The notes under the pieces: generated by a model
Told to the model about the DNA's origin: nothing
Databases searched by the model: none
Seen by the model: the letters and a program-made list of their open reading frames with translations, nothing else
Shown: piece by piece, positions 25,479 to 36,212 of the stretch
Layout: every line of letters starts with the position of its first letter
How positions within the stretch are numbered: the stretch's first letter is position 1
Position numbers and translations under genes: made by a program
From: Lingula anatina
Lineage: Eukaryota > Animalia > Brachiopoda
Length of the DNA stretch: 64,000 nucleotides
NCBI GenBank assembly: GCA_051362555.1
Contig: CM120648.1
Location: forward strand, 5,514,587-5,578,586
Reading direction: 5' to 3'

Positions 25479-25856
25479 CAATCCTAAAGATAGTAAAAAT
25501 GTACGTCTTACAAATACAAGGAAATTATCATGAAATTCAATACTGATTGAATGATACCAGAGCTAAAACAAAATTAAAATAAATAAATGAATAAACAAAT
25601 TTATTTATTTATTTATTTATATGGAGTAACATAAATTCCGTTTGAAAAAAAGCCATCTGTAAAAGCTTATTTACATGTACTTACTGAAATCCATCTCTGC
25701 TGGGCAGAAATAGTATGCCTTGTCCTCCACAAATTCCCCTTTGTCATTGAGATACCCCCGCAGCTCTAGGGTACGCGGGCATGAGACACGGCACCCAGAG
25801 GCCTGCAGCACACAACATCCAAGCACGAGTAAGGCTGAAATCGCAAACATTTTCAT
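24032..25856 (-). CDS. Secreted single-domain TIMP/NTR(netrin)-like protein, paralog A (169 aa)
   Basis: Exons 25856-25685, 25423-25317, 24884-24764, 24141-24032 (510 nt, in phase). MKMFAISALLVLGCCVLQASG|CRVSCPRTLELRGYLNDKGEFVEDKAYYFCPAEMDFIIKGYVEG...EYTVRVDKVFKAPDG...PLLPGCGEIHLAKKTAYLLRGINTTSGFKLGGFCNFGRQWKYVPDREKRYLTTEGC*. Signal peptide, mature Cys1, six Cys and FC..DFIIKG / Y.V.V.KVFK / CG..L....YLL.G / CNF...W motifs, as in the N-TIMP domain. TATA-like CATATAAA about 90 nt upstream. Confidence 0.85.
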
Positions 25857-27304
25857 TTTCAGTGGCGCAACGAGAGAAACTTAACCCAACGCAAGTGTCT
25901 CTGGCAGATCCGTGATTGAGATGCGTCCAGTGAGATGTTGTTTATATGGCAGTGTCGCTGTAGTTAATTTGGGTCGAATGGTGTGACTATTTATGTGAAT
26001 TTGGTGAATATCATCATAATTACCGGGAATTTTTTTATTACGAGAGAAAAAACAAGATGCAATCACCCGAAAGAGAAAAATAACGTGTATATATAATCTA
26101 TTTCTGTTAAATGATGCTTGTTAATGAAAAAATAGGATAATAAGGACAAAGATAACTAGAAACGACGCCATTAACAATAGGATAAATGTCCATAATTTTC
26201 ACAGGACAAGGCGTTTATTATAATATTAAACGTTAGGACGTTTATTAGCTATAATGATATGATCTATATAATTATGTCCCGCGCCCCATATCGGCGAAAT
26301 AGTCAAAAGGGCAATATTTATTATCATTGAGCAAATTGTTAATAGAACACCGAACGGAAATGGAATGAAGGAGTCTAAATACGCTGGCCAGACACATTTT
26401 AAAGGGCATGACAATCTCTGACATATATCATGTAACGGAATTGCAGAGTAATTTAAAAGTACATATTTATGACTGATAATTTGACAATCAAGTTATACTT
26501 CTATGGAGTTTTAGGAGAATGTACGTATCCAGTTCTCAAAACTGAACCTCGGTTTTTGGGCATGTTGGTGATCCTAAAAATAATGGTTTTTCACGTTCAC
26601 TTTGCACAAACATTTGGTGGTGACTATGGTAACACAATTTGCAATATTTAAGAATTAAGAGCCAACAACATAAATGTAGGACAAATTACCTGTGGAGTTT
26701 AAGCTCCTCGAGCTGTTAAGGGTGTCCTGTAGGGCCTACGCGTTTGAAAATGTCACAAAGTCATATTTTCTTTTTCGGTCGCACAAGCAGGTATTTTTGC
26801 ATTATGTTAGATTCGTTTGGTATTTTGAAGCCATTTATGGGGTTTTTAGATTCCCGACCAAGGTGACAGTTGAGCGTTTGACTGATAGAAGAAAGAAGAC
26901 AAGATTCATGCAGCATGACCAATATTTTCAAATTGCCTCTCCGAGTCACGGTCACATTTTCAGTTTTGTATATAGTGAACTAATTTGCTTGTGCAGCAAT
27001 ATAATATATAGTATTTAGATTGAAAAAAAATCAGTGCAAATAAATGCAAAAAGAAAAAAAACTCCGTGTGCTCTAATGTATTCATTTATTTCGCTCTGGC
27101 AAAATTGGATAAAAAACACAGTAATTTTTGTTTTTCTCAATGTGAGCATACGCCTGTCGTCGCCCTGGGTACCAGTAATCTGACATCAATTTTTCCGCCA
27201 TATCAACCAATAGACGCTGACCTCTCATGCCATATCAACCAATAGACGCTGGTCTCTCATGTAAATTATGCTGATACTCAGGGTGAACAAGGTGTATTTC
27301 GAGC

Positions 27305-28984
27305 TTATTTGCATCCTTCAGTCGTGAGGTACTTTTTCTCAAGTTCTGGGACGTATTTCCATTCCTTGCCAAAGTCACACATGTTGGCCAACTTGAAGCC
27401 ACTTTGTGTCTTAACGCCTGAATAAGAAATGGTGTAGAAGGTAAATAATTATGAATACCTAGCGCACAGCTCCCATTTTCTACGTAACTAAAACTGAAGG
27501 GACGACGTATAGTTAGAAGATTTGATGAAGTGATTAAAATAAATTAAAACTTCAGTCCAGGAAAGAATTTCATCAGTTCTTATGTGCACTTAAAGTTACA
27601 GTAATATTTTCCTAAATAAGAGCATGAACTTTTAATCACAAATTTCTTAATGGGATATTGAAAAAGACTAACTATCGCCGACACTGATCCACCCGTACCT
27701 ACCTCTAAGCAGGTATGTAGCGTCCTTCGTGAGCTTAACTTCCCCACAGGAAGGCAACAGAGGATCTTCCCTGTATTTCTCAGGAAAAATTATGGTGGAC
27801 CCCACAGTGACGGACGCCGGAGCCTGGAATGTATTGATTAATTACCGTACAGCTACCCTAAATCAGGAGTGATTTTTCACTAGAAATTCACAGACAAACC
27901 TCTAATTTATGACAATTTTTATACTGTTCAACGAGCATTTTGGTATGGAATTACAATGTAAATTCGTCACTCGACTAGTCTCTGATATAGAGTACAGAAC
28001 ACTTACTGTCGGTCTAAGCTCTGTCAGGTAGAGGCACCGTTGATTGCCATTGTTAAGATTTCAAAAACTGAGTAAGGGGAAGGAACATGCATATTTTTCA
28101 CTAAAAATATTAAGTGCATTAACACAGAGATGGGCAAACTGATATTGTTCGAGGAAAAAAGAGATTACTCTAATTGGATTTTCTCTCTCTCTCTCTCTCG
28201 TACCTTAAACACCTGGTCCACTCTCACGGTGTATTCCACAGTTTTCACTGATCCCCGCTTTTGGGGTTCCTCGCTGACGATACTGGAACCCTCCACATAC
28301 CCCTTGATGACTGAAGTTGACAAAATATGAAAAAATAATAAAATCACATTTTTTTTGTTAATTTCTATGATAACTATATCATATAATTACAAATCATACA
28401 TTACAAAATGCATTTATAGGGGATGGGATTATAATTTTCGTAGACAACGCTTGTACCAGTTGGAATTGAATAGATTCGTGGTTAATATACAATGTTGGAT
28501 ATCACATACCGCATCCGCGTCATCAGTGATGTCATTTCATGGTGTTTTCCAAACTGAGATTGTCCATTGTTTTGGTGTAGCATACTTTACATGAAAGCAG
28601 TCGCACTTTCAAAACAATGCTTTAAGTTTCCCTTCTCATTTCTCTTGTCACTCATTTAAACAATTTCATACCCGTTCAATAATTTGCCTTCGAATAATGG
28701 CTCTTGAAGGAAAGTTGCCAAAGTCATGGCTAACGCACATTTCCTTGGGTACCTAGATCACAATCTCATGTGATGTACGAAATCGTAACTAGCATAAAAA
28801 GTTATCTATTAAACTTACTGAAATCCATTTTATCTGGGCAGTAAGTAAAAGACTTGTCCTCCACAAATTCGCCCTTGTCATTGACATACCCCCGCAGTAC
28901 CAGGACCTGGGGGCAGAAGTAAGTGCACGCAGAAGCCTGGAGCACAAAAACTCCAAGCAGAAGTAGGGCCGAAACCGCAATCAT
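27305..28984 (-). CDS. Secreted single-domain TIMP/NTR(netrin)-like protein, paralog B (168 aa)
   Basis: Exons 28984-28819, 28310-28204, 27823-27703, 27417-27305 (507 nt), with the same internal exon sizes and phases as paralog A. MIAVSALLLLGVFVLQASA|CTYFCPQVLVLRGYVNDKGEFVEDKSFTYCPDKMDFIIKGYVEG...DQVFKAPASVTVGSTIIFPEKYREDPLLPSCGEVKLTKDATYLLRGVKTQSGFKLANMCDFGKEWKYVPELEKKYLTTEGCK*. Homologous 5' UTR, TATA (about 29070) and 3' UTR. Confidence 0.85.
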
Positions 28985-30072
28985 TTTCAGTTGTGCAACG
29001 AGAGATCTTAACCCAACTCAAAGCTGTTTGGGAGATCAGTGACTGTGAAATACGTCGATAGAGGCGTTATTTATATGCATACCCTTTTGTCGCTGATGGC
29101 AAATTTCAATTTCATAATCATACTGTCGATAATAGGTTTTTGTTTGATCGCCGACTTTTAGATAGAACGATATAGTTGGCTAGTAAGGGGAAATGTGCAG
29201 AATTGCTCAATTTCGTTCTCATGTCAGCATGTTAATAGTAATTTGATAACATTTTAAAATGATTTTCAATGATACAATCATTTTTAATGGACGTCTAGCC
29301 GAGGGTATACCCTTAGGTTAAGTGAAAAAATGAGCTAAAACAACTCCCAGAAAGAAAATAAATTACATAATTACAATACACATTTTCGGTTTTGTAACAG
29401 TATCTTAATGAAAACAAATCACCCAGAGTGGGCATTTGTGCAACCGCCGGCTATATACTGTGATGTAGCGGGATTGGATATCCCTCCCCCTCTGACAAAA
29501 ATATTGATGGTAATATTTCAGTATCACTATTTCTGAAATATCCCAATAGCACCGTACACATGTACTGAGCGACATGGCTAGCAAGGTGCGCCGCCATACT
29601 AAACACTATTGCCAGGAGAGACACAATAATCAATGCTTGTTTTCTGCAAAGCGAGACTTTACGAGAGTGTAACAAACCTCGTCTCCCCCATTGTTCTCAG
29701 CACTCCATTTATTTCGACCAATGAGAGAGCGGCACAACTTTTTGCATTTACCAATCTTCGCTAGTTAAAATTGTTAATGGCAAATTCCACTCTAAATGCT
29801 GTTTCTTGATTTTTATGATAAAAACCACTTTGGGGAACACTATGATCTGAAAAATAGAAACTTTCGGATGAAGTTACAACATGTTTTCATTATTTAAAAG
29901 AAATTTAAAAAAAACTTCAGTAGGGCCTTTGGTACTGTACCTTACTTAGTACAAGGAGGTGTGTACTATACAATACAATGGAAATATTACTATTGGAGGG
30001 GTGTCTGATGATATTTCCAATTCAGGCTATTGCTCCTATTATCGAACCTTATCATTACTTTATCAACTAACG

Positions 30073-30109
<37 letters not shown>

Positions 30110-32609
30110 AACGAGGGTTTGATAATGACATCGCTCTTTGTAGTCATGTTTGCAGTCTGATTGCTCCATTACAGTCTGCAATTCTGCTATTTAGATATCA
30201 ACAGTCATTATGTATACAAAGGTTTATTATGGTCAGCAAATTGAAAAATATCCATGATATCATTAACATACTGCGACGAATCCCAAATTGTTGAACCCTA
30301 TATACTCGGTATATTGTTGTCTGCTCTGAAGAACGTTTTGTATGAAGATACCACTATTGACAGTAAATAAGAATTTTTTCCGGGTATTTCTGACGTCATT
30401 TTGATCACTATTCACTATCAGTAACCTGACCAAGAAAGCAAAAATGATTACAGGGATAATAACAGTAGGCAACAGAATACAAATAAAAGTGTATTTGTAA
30501 AGCGCTAAAGGCAGTTATCAGAGAGTCAACAGGAGCTAGTGTGGTCAGAAACATTGAAGCGACCACATCACAATGCATTTTAATACAGAAGAATGAAATA
30601 AAACGAAAGGCAAAAGCCGTCAAAATTTATTTTCATTCAGTAACATAAAACATGCAACAGAAGTTTTCATTTGTGGTATTTACTTAGTCGTCCATCACTT
30701 TTCGACCAATCTTAGTTTTAAAGCATCATCAATGGAAATGGAAGATTTTCCAGAATGTGTCAAAAACGGACCTGTTTGTTATAAAGGCTAGGTCCATCTT
30801 CATATGACACTTTCAAGAAATATCGATTTCTATCGATGAAACTGCACGTACCTTTGCTACGTATAAAAAATAATAGCGAAATAAATTATATTTCAGTAAG
30901 AAATTATATGAAAATATAGAAATTTTCATTGTTATCACATCGGATGGTTTCATAAATTGCAATCCCTCTTGAGGAGACCACACTGATCTCCTGCTGAAGT
31001 GAATCGAAAGGCATACGAAATTGAGCATAAATCATTGTTTACACATAACATGAGTACGGTATTTATTTCTAACAACATCTTTCGAAATCGAAATAAGGTC
31101 GGCACGTGCATTTCAAATCCGAACGGCCGAGATTATTTCCGGTCGTTCACGACTACAGATCACGTGCTCTAGATTGAAATGGACCAACATCAAAACTAAA
31201 CGAAAAGTTCTGAAACTTGCAAGAACAGTTAGAAATTATACACCAAATATATTTGATGCAGAAAATATCATGTCTGCTACCGTATAACCTTCAACGACTG
31301 AAGAAATATCCAACATTGTGTGAACTGCATACTAAGATGTCTACTCTGGTCCGTTCTGCAACACGAGTCGCAACTAAAAACCCAGTATACAGAAAGACCA
31401 ATATTAATAGTTACAGTAACCGCAGAATCAATATAAAGATTTATGTTCGTGCTACCTTTTTAGCAATACAAGTCTTGGCTACAAGTAAAATAGCAATAGT
31501 CAATATAATACATCATTACAAAAAGTTCTGTACAATGATGTGTCCATAATGTGGTCTAAACTACGTTCAAAGACACAAAAGCTACACCCAAGGAAAATGC
31601 TTCAAAAATTAAATATAAAATAAATACAAAATGCTTGCACCAAAACTAATTTTCTACAAGTACAGTATATATAAAGGATCCAATGCGTATTCACTTCTTT
31701 TAAATGGAAATAGCGACTTTTATTTATAAATTGATGCTCTTTATCCAATATTTTTTATATCTTCCTGTTCAAACTCAATGGTTTTCATACTTTAGAATGG
31801 AGGACCCTTGAGCAATATGCGCATGCGTGACCAAACCAGATGCGCAGTCTGGCTTTGTTGGTCCCGCTGATGCTGAAACGCCATCCATTTTAAAGGTTGC
31901 TTTCAGTCAAACCATCAGAAAATAATTTCTGAAAAATATTATTATGAAAAGCAGGTGCACAGATTTACCCAAATCGAAGCGCACGATCAATGAAAGCATA
32001 AATCACAAGTTCAAACAATCCAGCTTGGCAGCTCCTTTTACCTCTCCGCGAAAAAATCTCGTTCTCGATGTAGTAATTTCGCCGATATACACCAGTGGAA
32101 TTGCGTAATGGAGATTTCTACGCGGAGAGGTATTCTACCAGTATATCATCTCATGTCGCATAATCGCCTACGATAATCCTTCCTGCCAAACCTTGTCTTT
32201 AATATACAAAAAGCTACGGAACTGATTCATTGTTTTGCATTTTTAAAATAATTTGTCAAGTATTGTTAACCTAATTTATCAAAGTAAGTTAATGAATCTA
32301 AATTATATATTTCCCATAAAAGTATTAAAATAAAAAACCCGTCCCTTAATCTAATTGTCAAGCGAACGATGAATCAATTGCAAATTTTCCCCATAAAAAC
32401 TAACTTAACTTTGTGCTAAGAAACATTCTGTATTGTAAGGTTGTTTTTATTCAAAAGAAGAGTTTTCAAATGTAGAATTGTTTCTTTGCACAAAGATAAC
32501 TTCGTTCATGTTAGCCATTAAAGCATACTTCCTCGATAATGTTCTTTTTACAGAGATAGACCTTTGTTGTTGCTAAGCAACAGTCTGCGCGCGCAAGCGT
32601 TTTTCAAGG

Positions 32610-34230
32610 TTACCAGCCAGCTTTGTCCATTTCTCTCTTCATTTGGCAGACTGCGCATGGGCCACACAGCTCCATGGCAAGAGAATCCCAGCAGATGGAG
32701 CCCTGATCGACAAGAAAACATACGTCTTCAAAATATGAGTAAAATAAAACATATTGCAAAAGTGTTGTTATGTAATCAGTTCTTTATTGATTTTAAGAGA
32801 AACTGACAAATATATCGCATTTTAAAAAGACGGTAAGTAACGCGGGAACCATTTTCACAAAATGCTTCAAATAGCAGGACTGAATAAAAGACGCAGCCTT
32901 TTTTTTTCTTAAATTGATCTGGAAAGCCCAGGCCCGTAGATAGCAACTGCAAAAGGTTTTTTTCTGAAAATGTGGACCTTTTGTCATGAAAACTTAGTTT
33001 ATCTAGATCAAATTTACCCAGAGTGGACCTTTTCCCAGCAAAAGGGGGGGGGGGTCTTTCGAATCCCCCGAACCCCCCTGGCTACGGACCTGGCTAAGGC
33101 TATCATTTCAATTTCTCAAGGCATTCGTTTCAGGTATGCCTTGTTATAATGAGAAAATTGACGACATTTCAGGAAAAGTTCGTTGCTCATAATTAGCTAT
33201 TTAGAAGTCTACATCGACATAAAAAGCACCAGCTAGAAGGGCCTGTGATTGAGAGAGAGTCCAGACACTTTTAATCTTAAATAAAGTAAAGGAATTTTTT
33301 GAGGCTACATATTTCTAGTATGAAAAACACTGAACGAATGAAGCGCTGGTCCATAATTAGCCTTTCTTTTCAAGTACCATTTTGTTAGTATACTGGCGAA
33401 GAAAGTTTGCAATATTTTACAATGGCTGATTTTCAACGTCGAATGCACGCAAGGTTTTACCTGAATACCCCTGAGCATGCGCAGTTTAGTTCTCATGGCC
33501 ACGACACCTAGCGGGCAGCAGAAAGGCATGATGTAGTGCTCGCCCATCTGAGCCGAGGTACGGCACAACAGGCACGGGAAGCAGAACAGTCCACATAGAC
33601 CTGGAAGAGACGATACACGAATTCGTTAATATAGAAATGATTGATTTTATCATTTCACTTTTGTCCAGTAGGAAAAAGCCATTGATACCCTTAATCTATG
33701 TTACAGTGCGGCTAATTTATTTGATGAAGTTAGATGTGTTGTCCACGTTTGTACCTTATTTGTGAAGTAGTTTATGAGAAATCTGGAACTTCCATAGGCG
33801 TACTGCTTATCGTGATAATAGAATATAAGGAGAATTTTTCAAAAAGTTAAATGAAAGATATGAATTGACAAATACATAAACAACACTAGACAGAATATTT
33901 ATAGGATAGCTTTTACTTCATTTCCAATTATACTAAATTTCATTTGATCATCTACTATTATTCAGGACACACGACAGTTATGAATAGATACATACACATA
34001 GACATTGTTTTAGTTGTTCTTGGATAGGATCACCTATCGCATTCGAAACTGATGCATTTTCTAACACATTGGTCATACTAGTTCTACCTATACGTACATG
34101 TTGTGATGTCCTCGAAGCAGCCAAAGATTCCTGTCTGCCAGTCATTGGGGGCGTTGACTGTGATAGTCCCGCCTTGTGACGTAATACTCGTCACGACTGT
34201 GGGCTGTGACGTCACTGTCTGCTGGGCCAT
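32610..34230 (-). CDS. PLAC8/cornifelin-family cysteine-rich protein (121 aa)
   Basis: Exons 34230-34098, 33600-33461, 32702-32610 (366 nt, in phase): MAQQTVTSQPTVV...NDWQTGIFGCFEDITTCLCGLFCFPCLLCRTSAQMGEHYIMPFCCPLGVVAMRTKLRMLRGIQGSICWDSLAMELCGPCAVCQMKREMDKAGW*. This is the canonical PLAC8 domain pattern (W.TG.F.CF.D..C..G.FC.PC / R...R....I.GS.C.D / C..CQM.RE). Confidence 0.93.
32929..33092. mobile_element. CAGGCCCGTAG-type TIR element (copies at 43780-43962 and partial about 4480-4640)
   Basis: Ends CAGGCCCGTAG...CTACGGACCTG; internal CCAGAGTGGACCTTT and GAACCCCCC motifs recur in the other copies. Confidence 0.7.
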
Positions 34231-34269
34231 TCTGAATTTAAAAACAAAAAACAAACCTGTAGAATCATG

Positions 34270-34475
34270 ATGAATGTAATTGATATTCCTGCCTTGGGAC
34301 GTAATACTTCTCAAACCTGTGTGTAATATTTGGGTTGCGGGCTGTTATGTCAGCGTCTGCTGAATCATTTTGAATTAAGTGAAAAAACAATCCCTGATTG
34401 ATGTAATTGATATTGCCGCTTTGTGACGTAATGCGGGTTCTGATGTTTTGCAAGGCAATTCTGAATTAAGAAAAA
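34270..34475 (-). pseudogene. Two decayed tandem copies of the acceptor plus first coding exon of the PLAC8-like gene
   Basis: Minus strand copy 2 reads aattcaaaATGATTCAGCAGACGCTGACATAACAGCCC...AGTATTACGTCCCAAGGCAGGAATATCA versus functional aattcagaATGGCCCAGCAGACAGTGACGTCACAGCCC...AGTATTACGTCACAAGGCGGGACTATCA. Copy 3 keeps aattcagaa and ATTACGTCACAAAGCGGCAATATCA but lacks the ATG. Confidence 0.75.
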
Positions 34476-35944
34476 ATATATCGCTGGATCCAAGATGACA
34501 GTTCTAAAATCTGTTGTTGATGTATCTCATTGAGAAAAATTAACAAGATAATTTTTTTCTTTAGAAACTGACACCGCATTCATTTATTGGCGTTGGTCGA
34601 GGAAGACTGGCATGCCTAGATGTCGTTTTCCTTAGCCAGCAAAACATGGAGATTAACAATTTATGAAGGACTGTTGGAGCTAAAATATCAAATCATATGG
34701 GACATTTGAAATCAAGTGGTAAATCAGTTTGCCATAACAGAATTAAAGAACTGAGTCAGAAAATTCTGGTGAATATACGCGGTTAGAGGAAAGATTTTGA
34801 GGGGCAACCCCATCGTAATACATGTCTATGCCCCATGAATGAAAATGATTGCCAGAAGGCGATTCTATGAAATAATGCACAGTACGATTGAGCTCGGCGT
34901 ATTCCTTGAGATTCCTACAATTCAAATTAAGAGAAGGGGACAAAAAGGCCCTTTTGAATTTGGGCATGTCCAGGTCCGTACATCCGAGTATCATCACTCA
35001 CGAAGATACCGCATATGTTGGACATTTTCCCGTCGGGAGAATAAAACACTAAAATCTGCTCAATATTCTCGCGGCGTCCACAATTTTATCTAGGGCCTAC
35101 TAAATGAGTTCTGCACAGAATGATAAGTGTCCACAATATCAAAATATTAGCCTGTCTTTCAATCTCATCTTCCCTCTGTTCATCATCGCACAAAAAAGAT
35201 CTTTAGTTACTTTATCGACATTAACAGGCCATAGGTTGTATACGATATGATTTTCGTAATGGGGACCAGCCATCAAAAATGCATTATGCCGCGACTGATC
35301 TCTCTTGAAGTGCCTTTCACTGTTGAAAAATATGCACAAAGTCTATATAACCATTAACCTGAAAACATATGCTAAACGTATACCTTGAATATTTCAGATG
35401 CGCATTATCTGTCTAGGTCATTTGAAACCATATGACGTGTTAAAAAGTTGATTTGTTATACAGTCATGACTAACAGAGAATGCTTGTAACACAGTGGATT
35501 CTCTGCGTGAATAGACAGTAGAATTATACAACAGAGATCTCACTGGAAATCGGACGTAAAAAATCCTTACTTTTTATATTAATGCTTGTTTATCCGCCCG
35601 ATGGCTTTTTTTTTTTACTGTGAACCAGACTACACCGAACACTCGTGAAATATTGGCCATAATATTCTTGTGAGGACAACTATTTCTGTTTGGGTATGCA
35701 TGCCTCTACCCGAGCTGCTTCAAGGTGAAGTCTACGTATATTTACAGATGAAGGCCACTCATTTAATGCCCCTTTCTTGGCCTTTTCTACTCGTGCGTCA
35801 ATTCATTGTAGCGATAAAAATACAGTGGATGTTAAATTGTTACTACGTGTATATTTTGGACACCGTATATTTCGTATATTCTGGTGATTTGGGGGTAAAC
35901 GCACACGCTCGAGCTCACGCTATCCAGTCCTTGCTACAATCCAT

Positions 35945-36212
35945 GTGTCTGTTTGTCTGTCTGCTAGTCTGTCTGTCTGTTTGTCTGCATGTTTGTCTGT
36001 CTGTCTGTTTGTCTGCACGTCTGTCTGTCTGTCTGTCTGCCTTTCTGTCTGCCTGTTTGCCTGCCTGTTTGTTTGTCTGTCTGTATATCTGTGTGTCTTT
36101 CTGTCTGTCTTTCTGTCTGTCTGCTTGTCTGTCTGTCTGTCTGTTTGTCTGCCTTTCTGTCTGCATGTCTGACTGTCTGTCTGTCTGTGTGTCTTTCTGC
36201 CTGTCTATCTGT
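35945..36212. repeat. Degenerate (GTCT)n microsatellite
   Basis: Visible TGTC/TGTT tetranucleotide array. Confidence 0.95.

Noticed and set aside
34600-34975. p53 half-sites upstream of the PLAC8-like gene (GGGCATGTCC at 34962; TGGCATGCCT about 34608)
   Set aside because: Isolated decamers without an adjacent second half-site; expected by chance.
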